This document shows positions 18,131 through 26,715 of a stretch of DNA of 39,430 bases, piece after piece. The position numbers and the translations under genes were made by a program. The notes under the pieces were generated by a model. That model worked only from the letters and a program-made list of their open reading frames with translations. It searched no databases and was not told the origin of the DNA. This DNA comes from Acidimicrobiia bacterium (GTDB lineage Bacteria; Actinomycetota; Acidimicrobiia; Spongiisociales; JAHEDJ01), in the NCBI GenBank assembly GCA_030598025.1, contig JAUVQS010000001.1, positions 1-39,430 on the forward strand, read 5' to 3'. The first letter of the stretch is position 1. Every line of letters begins with the position of its first letter.

Positions 18131-18148
18131 GAGCGACGAAGTCGCTCC
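18130..18148 (-). terminator. Hairpin GGAGCGAC-GAA-GTCGCTCC immediately after the argG stop (possible partial terminator or processing site)
   Basis: 8-bp perfect stem with a 3-nt loop, 5 nt downstream of the argG stop (18153). There is no U-tract, so function is uncertain. Confidence 0.35.
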
Positions 18149-18152
18149 GCCT

Positions 18153-19355
18153 TCATTCGCCCTCTCCTAGGCGTTCTTCGGCCAGTTTTCGTAGGCGCAG
18201 GGCGTTCAATTTGATGAAACCCGACGCGTCGGCCTGGTCGTAGACGGAGTCCTCTTCGAAGGTGACAGTCGCATGATCGTAGAGGGCATAGTGATCCGAC
18301 CGCCGGCCCTCGACATACACCCCACCCTTGTAGAGCTTCAACCTCGCTTCACCGGAAACACGCTTCTGCACGTCGTCCATGAAGGCCTGCAATGCTTCAC
18401 GCTCCGGCGCAAACCAGAAGCCGTTGTAGACCATCTCGGCATACCTGGGCACAAGCTCGTCCCGCAGGTGAGCAACCTCCCGGTCGAGGGTGATCGACTC
18501 GACGGCCTTGTGGGCATGGTGAAGCACCGTTCCCCCGGGGGTCTCGTAGACACCCCTGCTCTTCATTCCCACAAAACGATTCTCAACAATGTCGACACGA
18601 CCGACGCCATGACCGCCTGCGACCGAGTTGAGATGAGTCAGTAACTCAACCGGTGCCATCTCGACCCCATCGACGGCCACCGGGTTCCCCTTTTCGAACG
18701 AAACGGTGATGATCTCCGCTTCGTCGGGGGCATCCTGAGGATCGACCGTGGTGCGGAACATGCTCTTGGGCGGTGCGGTCCATGGATCTTCGAGGACGCC
18801 GCCCTCGTACGATACGTGCAAGAGGTTGGCGTCCGTTGAGTACGGCTTCTCGGCGGTGACCGGTATCGGAATGCCGTGCTGTTCGGCGTACGCGACGAGA
18901 TCTGCCCGGCCCTTGAGATCCCATTCGCGCCACGGCGCTATCACCTTGATGTCTGGCTCGAGAGCGTATGCGGAAATCTCGAACCTGACCTGATCGTTGC
19001 CTTTGCCGGTGGCGCCATGCGAGATCGCGTCCGCGCCGTACTTTCGCGCCGCCTCGATCATCCCCTTGCTGATGATGGGTCGAGCCAGTGACGTCCCGAG
19101 CAGGTAATACCACTCGTACACGGCGTTGGCCCGCAAGGCCGGAAACACATAGCCCTCAACGAACTCGGCAGTGAGGTCCTCGGCGATAGCCTCGACGGCA
19201 CCCGTCCGGATCGCTTTGATCTTCGCCTCTTCGACCTCTTCTCCTTGGCCGACATCGGCCGTATAGGCGATGACCTCGGCGTCGTACTCCTCGATCAACC
19301 ACTTGAGGATGATCGAGGTGTCCAGGCCCCCGCTATATGCAAGAACGACTCTCAT
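18153..19355 (-). CDS. argG: Argininosuccinate synthase
   Basis: [10 protein letters not shown]-terminal ATP-PPase motif and [13 protein letters not shown]. 400 aa. Confidence 0.95.
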   Translation of the reverse strand: MRVVLAYSGGLDTSIILKWLIEEYDAEVIAYTADVGQGEEVEEAKIKAIRTGAVEAIAEDLTAEFVEGYVFPALRANAVYEWYYLLGTSLARPIISKGMIEAARKYGADAISHGATGKGNDQVRFEISAYALEPDIKVIAPWREWDLKGRADLVAYAEQHGIPIPVTAEKPYSTDANLLHVSYEGGVLEDPWTAPPKSMFRTTVDPQDAPDEAEIITVSFEKGNPVAVDGVEMAPVELLTHLNSVAGGHGVGRVDIVENRFVGMKSRGVYETPGGTVLHHAHKAVESITLDREVAHLRDELVPRYAEMVYNGFWFAPEREALQAFMDDVQKRVSGEARLKLYKGGVYVEGRRSDHYALYDHATVTFEEDSVYDQADASGFIKLNALRLRKLAEERLGEGE

Positions 19356-19822
19356 AGGGCGCCGAGTTCTTCGAGTTCGCCGGCTATTCGCCGCCCGCCG
19401 ATCTCGTCGGCTACAACGACCAGCAGCGTGTCATCGCCGGCGACCGTGCCCAGCACACCCCCAATGGCTCCCCTATCAATGGCTCCCGCCACCACCTGGG
19501 CGGCGCCGGGGGGCGTGGTGATCAGAACGAGATTGCCGGTCGGCACAATCGTCTCAGCGAACTCGATGAGGAGCCGTCTCAACGCCTGCGCTGCTGCCGC
19601 ATCGTCTCCACCTCGGTCCGGGGCCTGGAGTGTGTACATCGATTTCCCGTTCTCATCGCGAGCTTTGATGGCCCCGAGTTCCCGGAGGTCGCGAGACACC
19701 GTCGCCTGGGTCACTTCAAACCCCCCATCGGCGAGCCGTTCCACGAGTAGCGACTGACTGCCCACACCATCATGGGTGATGATGCGGCGGATGGCACGCC
19801 TTCGAGCGGCTGTATTAGGCAT
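19352..19822 (-). CDS. argR: Arginine repressor
   Basis: Winged-helix segment [12 protein letters not shown] and C-terminal [12 protein letters not shown] oligomerisation/arginine-binding motif. ATGA overlap with argG. Confidence 0.9.
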   Translation of the reverse strand: MPNTAARRRAIRRIITHDGVGSQSLLVERLADGGFEVTQATVSRDLRELGAIKARDENGKSMYTLQAPDRGGDDAAAAQALRRLLIEFAETIVPTGNLVLITTPPGAAQVVAGAIDRGAIGGVLGTVAGDDTLLVVVADEIGGRRIAGELEELGAL

Positions 19823-19856
19823 GGCATGACTATACGATGCCCTGTATAGATATGCA
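19823..19856 (-). promoter_or_regulatory. Putative ARG-box-like operator pair upstream of argR
   Basis: An AT-rich island. On the minus strand, TGCATATCTATACA (19843-19856) matches 11 of the 14 positions of the TGAAT-wwww-ATTCA core (8/10 half-site positions plus 3/4 of the wwww spacer). GGCAT-N9-ATGCC (19823-19841) abuts the start codon. Confidence 0.3.
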
Positions 19857-19893
19857 AAATGAGCTCAGGACGATCGGCGCAGACCGAACCTCT

Positions 19894-22035
19894 TCAGGCT
19901 CGTCCGGCGGCCACCTCATCAGCACGATTGCGCCCCGCCAGAAGGATCAGATCCTCGTGAAGCTCGAACCAGATGTTGTGGTAGCTGTCAACCCTGGGGG
20001 ACGCTATGTAGTCGAAGTCTCCGTCGGCAACCTGTTTCGCTGCTCGTTCAAGACGGGCTGCGTACGCACCAAGCCGCGGGAGCCCGGATTTCAGCGAGTC
20101 GAGCCACCCGGATGCGGCCTCAGCTAGTGATGCGAATGACGACAGAACGGCCGCATCGTGCTCCGAGTCGGCATGGTCGTTGAGGATCTGCGCACCCTTG
20201 AACTCCCGCATTTGCCAGCCCGTTACTACGTCCTTCATCCTCTGGTCGAGAGGTAGCAGCGCCTCGAGGGCCGCGTCTGCATTCTTCGCACCCCATTGCT
20301 CGCGATCGGTTGCAATCATCTCGCCGCCAACCGTCTTGCCGTCCTCGGTGAGTGTGAACATCCCCCCGGTCAGCTCGGCCAGTCCGTCTGCGGCGATGGC
20401 ATCGAGGATCTCTCCAATCATCTCCGGCGTAGAGAAGAACGCCTGTGCCAGATCCTCCGGCATGGCAAAACCCTTGATTAGTAAGGCTCTTTGGACAGCG
20501 TCGCGTTGGGGTGATCCGGCTTCAGGTTCCCCGGCTTCGGCCTGGTCTTCAGCCGCCGAGCCGCTCGCTTCTGGTTCGGCAATCTCGATGCCAAGCTCAT
20601 GTGCCCAGGTCAACAGCTTCGCCGCCTCCGGGACGATCGTAACACCACCCGACACGGCACCCGCGAGGACCTCGCCGGTGGTGCCATCGATCGTCAACAG
20701 CTCTCCGACAGCAAGGGCCAGGTGTCCGAAGATGACGGTATCGCCCTCGACACGCACCGAGGCCGCTCCCACAACCGCCGGGATCCCCCACCCGCGAGCT
20801 ACCACGGCCGCGTGGCTTGCGAGACCTCCCGTGGAGGTCAAGATTCCTGCCGCGCGGGCCATACCGTGGACGTCGTCCGGCGACGTCTCGCGGCGGACGA
20901 GCACGACGGTCCTACCGGCCTCTGCCATCGCTACGGCAGCCTCGGGTGTGGTTGCGATCTCGCCGGAGGCAACTCCGGGCGACGCGGCCAGTCCGGTGGC
21001 GATCACCGGGGCACCTTCGGCGCGCTCGCCCGGAATCGTTGGAGGATCAACAAGAAACCGCGCCACACGCGCGACGGCTTCGGAACGCGACAGGGGGAAG
21101 TCTTCGTCTTCGGTCATCTCGACCGCTATTCGTAGGGCAGCCTGGGGGCTCCGTTTGCCAATACGGGTTTGCAGCATCCACAGCCGCCCCTGTTCGATCG
21201 TGAACTCGATGTCGCATACGTCCGCGTAGTGGCGCTCGAGCACTCCGGCGTATCGGCGCAACTCGTCGGCGATCGCCGGCATTCGCTCGTCCAAGACCGA
21301 TATGTGCTCTGTCTGGTGGGCCCCAGCGACGACGTCCTCCCCCTGCGCGTCGAATATGACATCACCGTAGAGAGTGGCCTCGCCGGTCGCCGGATCGCGG
21401 GTGAAGAGGACTCCGGTGCCCGAATCTCGTCCTCGATTACCGAAGACCATGGCCTGTACGATGACGCCGGTTCCGAGGTCGTCGGGAATGTCTTCCCGAC
21501 TCCGATAGCTCTGGGCTCTGTCGCTGTTCCAGGAGCGAAACACCGCTTCGATGGCGCCCCGCAACTGCTCCCAGGGATCCTCCGGCGCGGCGGCGCCGAC
21601 AATATCCCGATACTGCGCGTCGAAACGTTCCCGGCAGGCATCAACGAAGGCGGGGTCTCCCGAAATCGCCGCGAGGCCGTCCGCCGTGGTCTCGTTCAAA
21701 CCGAGGTTGAGGACGGTGTCCATCATCCCCGGCATCGAGACCGGGGCACCCGACCGCACACTCACAAGCAACGGATCTGACGAATCGCCGAATCTGCGGC
21801 CGACCAACTCCTCGATGTGAGCCATGTTCAGCCGGATCTCGTCCTCTAGACCCTCCGGCCATCCTTCCGCCAAGTATGTCAAGCAGGCCGCAGTAGAAAT
21901 AGCGAAGGCAGGCGGCACCGGAAGGCCCAACTCGTTCGCCATCACACCGAGGTTGGCTGCCTTACTGCCGATGACCGCTGCCACATCCGAGAGTGGCAGG
22001 CCGTGGTCGTGATCAAAGGCATACACGTAGCTCAC
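19894..22035 (-). CDS. Pyruvate phosphate dikinase-like protein: ATP-grasp plus phosphohistidine swivel domains, no PEP/pyruvate TIM barrel, unassigned C-terminal domain of about 210 aa
   Basis: PPDK N-terminal motifs (GSKAANLGVM, SVRSGAPVSMPGMMDTVLNLGLN) and swivel-domain motif GGLASHAAVVARGWGIPAVVG. These are followed by an acidic linker and a helical domain with no barrel motifs. GTG start with GGAG 7 nt upstream. Confidence 0.8.
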   Translation of the reverse strand: MSYVYAFDHDHGLPLSDVAAVIGSKAANLGVMANELGLPVPPAFAISTAACLTYLAEGWPEGLEDEIRLNMAHIEELVGRRFGDSSDPLLVSVRSGAPVSMPGMMDTVLNLGLNETTADGLAAISGDPAFVDACRERFDAQYRDIVGAAAPEDPWEQLRGAIEAVFRSWNSDRAQSYRSREDIPDDLGTGVIVQAMVFGNRGRDSGTGVLFTRDPATGEATLYGDVIFDAQGEDVVAGAHQTEHISVLDERMPAIADELRRYAGVLERHYADVCDIEFTIEQGRLWMLQTRIGKRSPQAALRIAVEMTEDEDFPLSRSEAVARVARFLVDPPTIPGERAEGAPVIATGLAASPGVASGEIATTPEAAVAMAEAGRTVVLVRRETSPDDVHGMARAAGILTSTGGLASHAAVVARGWGIPAVVGAASVRVEGDTVIFGHLALAVGELLTIDGTTGEVLAGAVSGGVTIVPEAAKLLTWAHELGIEIAEPEASGSAAEDQAEAGEPEAGSPQRDAVQRALLIKGFAMPEDLAQAFFSTPEMIGEILDAIAADGLAELTGGMFTLTEDGKTVGGEMIATDREQWGAKNADAALEALLPLDQRMKDVVTGWQMREFKGAQILNDHADSEHDAAVLSSFASLAEAASGWLDSLKSGLPRLGAYAARLERAAKQVADGDFDYIASPRVDSYHNIWFELHEDLILLAGRNRADEVAAGRA

Positions 22036-22050
22036 GATCGCTCCATCTTC

Positions 22051-22064
22051 GATAATCGATTATT
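22051..22064. promoter_or_regulatory. AT-rich palindromic motif GATAATCGATTATT (core ATAATCGATTAT is a perfect palindrome)
   Basis: Lies 16 nt upstream of the PPDK-like GTG, in the divergent spacer. A near-identical GATAATCGATGATC occurs at 26279-26292. Confidence 0.35.
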
Positions 22065-22217
22065 CTGAGGATACGAGCATCGCCTCGTGACCGTCAACTG
22101 CGACTAGGGCGCCCCGGCAGGTCGGTCGAGATTTAGTTGCCCGTTGCCGTGTCGGTAGTCTTGAATCTGGGCTGAGGTGGGACCGACTCAAGTGAAATGC
22201 CGCTCGAGGAGGAATCG

Positions 22218-23312
22218 ATGCCAACGCACAAGATCGCAATTATCCCGGGAGATGGGGTCGGCGCAGAGATCTCCGAGGAGGCCTCCCGTATCCTGAACGC
22301 CGCGGCCGACATCCACGGATTCGACGTCGAAACCGAAACCTTCGACTGGTCATGTGACCGGTATCTCTCGGTGGGTGAAATGATGCCCGCCGACGCCCTC
22401 GAGACCCTCCAATCCTTCGACGCCATCTTCCTCGGCTGCATCGGTGATGCCAACAAGGTTGCCGACCACATCTCGCTCGAGATGCTCTTGACGATTCGGA
22501 AAGGGTTCGATCAGTACGTCAACCTTCGTCCGATCAAGCTCTATCCGGGTGTTGAAACGCCCATCAAGACCGCCACACCGGAAACTGTCGACATGCTCGT
22601 GATTCGCGAAAACACCGAAGGTGAGTACTCCCACAACGGCGGCTTCTTCAAGCGTGGAACGCCGGACGCCTTCGCTCTCCAGACAGGGATCTTCACCTGG
22701 AAAGGTTGTGAACGGGCGATCCGTTACGGATTCGAGGCCGCCCGAAAGCGCGCCAAGCTCGGAACTGGTAACGGCCCGGTCGGGCGGGTTACGAATTGCA
22801 CGAAGTCCAACGCTCTCAATTTCTCGATGGTCTTCTGGGATGAGGCCTACGACTTCGTCGCCAAGGACTTCCCCGATATCGCCACGGACATGGCTCTGGT
22901 AGATGCTCTGACGATGTGGTTCGTAAAGAATCCGGACTGGTTCGACGTCGTGGTTGCCTCGAATTTGTTCGGGGACATCATCACCGACCTCGGGGCAATG
23001 CTGCAAGGCGGAATGGGCTTCGCAGCAGGCGGCAATGTCAACCCCGAGGGGGCTTACCCGTCGATGTTCGAGCCGATCCACGGGTCTGCACCGAAGTACA
23101 CGGGCAAGCGGATCGTGAATCCGATCGCATCTATAGAGGCAGTCCGCATGTTGCTCGACCACCTGGGTGAACAAGAGGCCGCCGCTCAAATCCAGCAAGC
23201 GGTCGCCGACACTCTCGGCGCCGGCGAAACCCGAACCAAGGACATGGGCGGTACCAACTCAACGGACGAAATGGGCGAGGCCGTCGAGAGCGCGATGAGA
23301 AAGACCGCCTGA
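22218..23312 (+). CDS. Tartrate dehydrogenase/decarboxylase or D-malate dehydrogenase-like enzyme (isocitrate/isopropylmalate dehydrogenase family)
   Basis: Track ORF is 22197..23312. ATG 22218 is preceded by GAGGAGG. Motifs [28 protein letters not shown] and NLFGDIITD. The N-terminal region resembles TtuC-type enzymes (FDWSCDRY). Confidence 0.8.
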   Translation: MPTHKIAIIPGDGVGAEISEEASRILNAAADIHGFDVETETFDWSCDRYLSVGEMMPADALETLQSFDAIFLGCIGDANKVADHISLEMLLTIRKGFDQYVNLRPIKLYPGVETPIKTATPETVDMLVIRENTEGEYSHNGGFFKRGTPDAFALQTGIFTWKGCERAIRYGFEAARKRAKLGTGNGPVGRVTNCTKSNALNFSMVFWDEAYDFVAKDFPDIATDMALVDALTMWFVKNPDWFDVVVASNLFGDIITDLGAMLQGGMGFAAGGNVNPEGAYPSMFEPIHGSAPKYTGKRIVNPIASIEAVRMLLDHLGEQEAAAQIQQAVADTLGAGETRTKDMGGTNSTDEMGEAVESAMRKTA

Positions 23313-23328
23313 ACGGCGAGGAGGAAAC

Positions 23329-24348
23329 ATGGCAAAAGTCAGAGTGGGTATAGCAGGTTACGGCGTCATCGGACAAAGGTTGGCGACGGGAGCAGCTCGC
23401 CAGAAAGACATGGAACTGGTGGGGGTGGCCGATGTCGCTCCAACCCTGCCGGTTCGCGCCCTGGCGGAACGCGGGATGCCATTCCCCCTCTTCTCGGCCG
23501 TACCAGGCAGCGAAGTTGCTCTAGAAGCAGCAGGCATCCCCGTCGCGGGCGGGTTTGACGACTTGCTCGGCCGGGTCGACATCATGCTCGATGCCGCCCC
23601 AGGCGGCATCGGCGCCAAAAACAAGGCGAAGTATGTCGAGGCAGGCGTCAAGGCCGTATTCCAGGGCGGAGAGAGCGGCGAGGTTGCCGATGTGTTCTTC
23701 CACGGATACGCCAACTACGACAAGGGTTTGGGCCAGAACTACCTGAAGCTGACCTCGTGCAACACGACCGGCTTGATCCGAACGGTCCATTGGCTCGATC
23801 GGGCTGTCGGCATCGAGAAGGCGGCCATCACGATCATTCGTCGGGTAGCCGATCCCGGCGATACGCATCGTGGCCTGGTCGACTCGCTGCAGATGGAGGC
23901 AATCCCGAACCATCAGGCGGTCGACCTCATGAACATCATGCCTCACATCGACGCCACCGGGCTTCTAGTACACACCCCGGTTACGCATGGGCACATCATC
24001 ACGATCGTCGCCACACCCAAGACCAAGACCAATCCGGCCGAGGTGGTCGAGGCGTTCAAGGAGCATCCACGGATCAGGGTCGTACGCATTGCGGACGGAT
24101 TCACAACCAACACGTCGCTGTTCAACTACGCCCGTTTTCTTGGGAACGAGCGAGGCGATATGTACGAGGTCGGTCTCTTCGAGGAGACGGTCGGTATGTC
24201 CGGTGACGATGTCATGTTCGCCATCAATATCCCGCAAGAGTCTGTTGTGATCCCCGAGACGATCGACGGTGTGCGCGCCGCGATGCGAATGCAGGAGAGC
24301 CAGGAAGAAGCGGTTGGCTTGACGAACAAGTATCTCGGCATCGGCTGA
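23329..24348 (+). CDS. gap: Glyceraldehyde-3-phosphate dehydrogenase, class II (archaeal type)
   Basis: Motifs GIAGYGVIGQR, GIGAKNKAKYVEAGVKAVFQGGE, active site TSCNTTGL (class I bacterial enzymes have SCTTNC), IIRRVADP and QESVVIPETIDGVRA. Confidence 0.85.
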   Translation: MAKVRVGIAGYGVIGQRLATGAARQKDMELVGVADVAPTLPVRALAERGMPFPLFSAVPGSEVALEAAGIPVAGGFDDLLGRVDIMLDAAPGGIGAKNKAKYVEAGVKAVFQGGESGEVADVFFHGYANYDKGLGQNYLKLTSCNTTGLIRTVHWLDRAVGIEKAAITIIRRVADPGDTHRGLVDSLQMEAIPNHQAVDLMNIMPHIDATGLLVHTPVTHGHIITIVATPKTKTNPAEVVEAFKEHPRIRVVRIADGFTTNTSLFNYARFLGNERGDMYEVGLFEETVGMSGDDVMFAINIPQESVVIPETIDGVRAAMRMQESQEEAVGLTNKYLGIG

Positions 24349-24363
24349 GTCGGAGGATAAGTC

Positions 24364-25608
24364 ATGAAGATCGCGTCGTTGGACGACTTCGATGTCCGCG
24401 GCTCTCGGGTCCTGCTCCGAGTTGACATCAACTCGCCGATCGATCCAGATACGGGACGGATCGCAGACGACAACCGCCTCAACATGAGCCTGCCGACGAT
24501 CATCGACCTGGCCGAAGCCGGTGCCCGATTGGTGATCATTGCCCATCAAGGCGACACGCTCGACTATCACAATCTTGTGTCACTCGCCGAACACGCCGAA
24601 GTTCTCACTGAGAAACTCGGCCGGCCGGTCTCATTCATCGATGACGTGGCGGGCCCGGCCGCCCGTGCTGTGATCGCAGATCTCGATGGCGGAGAGATTC
24701 TTCTCCTCGATAACCTGCGCTTTCTGACTGAAGAGGTTTCGACCTTTGAAAACGCGGTCAAGCTCACTGCGGCTGAGATGACCGGAACCTACCTGGTACG
24801 CAATCTCGCTCCGCTCTTCGACCTGTACGTCAATGATGCTTTCGCTGCGGCGCACCGAAACGCACCCTCGATGGTGGCCTTCCAGCAGCTGCTCCCATCC
24901 GCCGGCGGGCGTCTCCTGATCGATGAGGTGACGGCACTCCAAGGAGTGGCCGAAGACCCCGCTCGTCCGTGCGTGTTTGTGCTCGGAGGCCTGAAGATCT
25001 CTGACGCATTCTCGATGATGGACAAGATCCTCGCGGAAGGTACAGCAGACACGATCCTCACCGCGGGGATAACCGGCCAGATCATGCTGATGGCTGCCGG
25101 AAAGCGCCTTGGAGGGCCTTCGGAAGCCTTCATCCGAGATCGCTCGCTTGACGGCTTCATTCCCCAGGCCGCCGGCTATCTCGACCATTACGGCGATCGA
25201 ATCCGCATGCCGGTGGATGTCGCCGTGGACGAGAGTGGACGTCGGCGCGAGTTCGAGATCGACGAACTTCCTGCTGAGTCGATGATCGTGGATATCGGAT
25301 CACGCACAATCGACGAGTACCAGCGGGTCATCGGGTCGGCTGCGACGATCTTCGTCAACGGACCCGCTGGAGTCTATGAATCGGATATCGGCGCCGATGG
25401 CACGAGGTCGCTCTGGGAAGCAGTGGCCGCCGCATCCGGAGGGTCAATCATCGGAGGCGGCGATACAGTCGCAAGCGCCCGCCGCTTCATCGATGTTGGC
25501 GAAGTCGGCTTCGTTTCGACAGGAGGAGGAGCCCTCATCCGCTTCCTCAGCGGTCAACCATTACCCCTTCTGAAAGCCATGGAGGAAGCCGAGCAACGCC
25601 GGGAGTGA
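24364..25608 (+). CDS. pgk: Phosphoglycerate kinase, archaeal type
   Basis: N-terminus MKIASLDDFDVRGSRVLLRVDINSPIDPDTGRIADDNR...LLLDNLRF resembles archaeal PGKs (RVDINSP rather than the bacterial RVDFNVP). C-terminal GGGDT and STGGGA motifs. Confidence 0.82.
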   Translation: MKIASLDDFDVRGSRVLLRVDINSPIDPDTGRIADDNRLNMSLPTIIDLAEAGARLVIIAHQGDTLDYHNLVSLAEHAEVLTEKLGRPVSFIDDVAGPAARAVIADLDGGEILLLDNLRFLTEEVSTFENAVKLTAAEMTGTYLVRNLAPLFDLYVNDAFAAAHRNAPSMVAFQQLLPSAGGRLLIDEVTALQGVAEDPARPCVFVLGGLKISDAFSMMDKILAEGTADTILTAGITGQIMLMAAGKRLGGPSEAFIRDRSLDGFIPQAAGYLDHYGDRIRMPVDVAVDESGRRREFEIDELPAESMIVDIGSRTIDEYQRVIGSAATIFVNGPAGVYESDIGADGTRSLWEAVAAASGGSIIGGGDTVASARRFIDVGEVGFVSTGGGALIRFLSGQPLPLLKAMEEAEQRRE

Positions 25609-26129
25609 CTTTGCCGTCGACAGAGCCAGGCAACAACGCAGCGGCCGCAATCGCCCTTGCCAGAAGTCTGTTCCTCCGCGACGACAGTTACTACGGGTGT
25701 GCCGAAGCTTCGTTGGTGACTCTGCAGCAGGTCTTTGACCTTCCCAACCCGGCAGACTCTTCTTCCGCGGTGGCACTGAATGGCGGGATCGCCTACTCAG
25801 GGAGCATGTGCGGAGCATTGACCGGAGCCGCGATGGCCCTCGGCCGTCTGGCCGAACAACGCCTTCCGGACCACCACCAGGCAAAGACGGTGGCTCGCTC
25901 GCTCACCGAGATTCTGATTCGCGATTTTGCCGACGAGTTCTCAGGGCACAACTGTTCCGACCTCATCGACTACGACATCTCAATTCCCGAGCAGCACGAG
26001 GCGTTCATAGACAGCGGAGTCTGGCGCGAGAGTTGCATGAGGCAGGTTGAGTTCACGGTTTCTAGGCTGACCGCACTCGCAGACGAGAAGGTCTGGGAGA
26101 AGACGGTTTCACAGACTCTCGCCAAGTAG
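25605..26129 (+). CDS. C_GCAxxG_C_C family putative redox-active protein
   Basis: Cys-containing motifs YGCAEAS, SMCGALTGA, HNCSDL and ESCMRQ in the spacing typical of the family. GTGA overlap with the pgk stop. Confidence 0.7.
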   Translation: MTLPSTEPGNNAAAAIALARSLFLRDDSYYGCAEASLVTLQQVFDLPNPADSSSAVALNGGIAYSGSMCGALTGAAMALGRLAEQRLPDHHQAKTVARSLTEILIRDFADEFSGHNCSDLIDYDISIPEQHEAFIDSGVWRESCMRQVEFTVSRLTALADEKVWEKTVSQTLAK

Positions 26130-26278
26130 GCAGCCCACAGACGATTCCATCGATCGAGCCTGAAATCATAGGCCAAGACCACCACGTCGGACCAGGTTTT
26201 CCGGGCTGAATCGAGAGTTCTCGAGACCTCCTCTCGCTCGGTTGGAGCGGCCGATTTCCCCTAGTATCGTGAATACTC

Positions 26279-26292
26279 GATAATCGATGATC
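26279..26292. promoter_or_regulatory. Second copy of the GATAATCGAT motif (GATAATCGATGATC), upstream of the cupin-transketolase operon
   Basis: Matches the 22051-22064 site at 12 of 14 positions. It is embedded in heptads TACTCGA TAATCGA TGATCCG and preceded by the palindrome AGTAT-N5-ATACT (26263-26277). Confidence 0.3.
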
Positions 26293-26331
26293 CGGCCGGG
26301 TTAGGTCGCCGGCGGGGCATGGAGGGCGCTA

Positions 26332-26697
26332 ATGAAGCTCACAGCCGTCAAGAGGGAAGACGCCCGGGTTTTCAAGCTCCCGGGTCGCGATTGGTTGCAC
26401 TACATCGGACCCGAAATCAACGGAGCTCAGAACCTGACCATCGGGTTTTCGGTGTTTCCGCCTGATTCGGCTCCCGAAGGACACGTGCACCCCACACAGG
26501 AAGAGTGCATCTACATCATCTCCGGACGTGGTGAACTAGTCACGCCGGATGGCACCGTGGTCCTGGAGCCCGGCACCTGCGTCTACATCCCGGTCGGTTT
26601 GCACCATCAGACCGTTTCGCACGGCCCGGGAGACCTGGAGATGGTGACCTCCTTCTCCCCGCCGGTGATTCCCGGCTCCTATGAGGACGACGACTGA
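26332..26697 (+). CDS. Cupin domain protein
   Basis: 121 aa. Cupin motif 1 GHVHPTQEE and motif 2 GLHHQ. GGAGGG RBS. Confidence 0.7.
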   Translation: MKLTAVKREDARVFKLPGRDWLHYIGPEINGAQNLTIGFSVFPPDSAPEGHVHPTQEECIYIISGRGELVTPDGTVVLEPGTCVYIPVGLHHQTVSHGPGDLEMVTSFSPPVIPGSYEDDD

Positions 26698-26715
26698 AGG
26701 GCAACAGGTAGACAT

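Noticed and set aside
23329-25608. The possibility that the whole window is archaeal, because of the class II GAPDH and archaeal-type PGK.
   Set aside because: The neighbouring genes are bacterial in type: ArgR repressor, lipobox SBP, a LacI-type operator, an intrinsic terminator and SD-led or overlapping starts. Horizontal acquisition or a lineage-specific bacterial clade is more likely.
26130-26331. TPP riboswitch ahead of the transketolase operon, and other riboswitches in the 22036-22217 and 30213-30439 leaders.
   Set aside because: I could not find the conserved CUGAGA / ACCUGAUCUGGAUAAUGCC-type cores or any other riboswitch consensus I know. Only generic inverted repeats are present.
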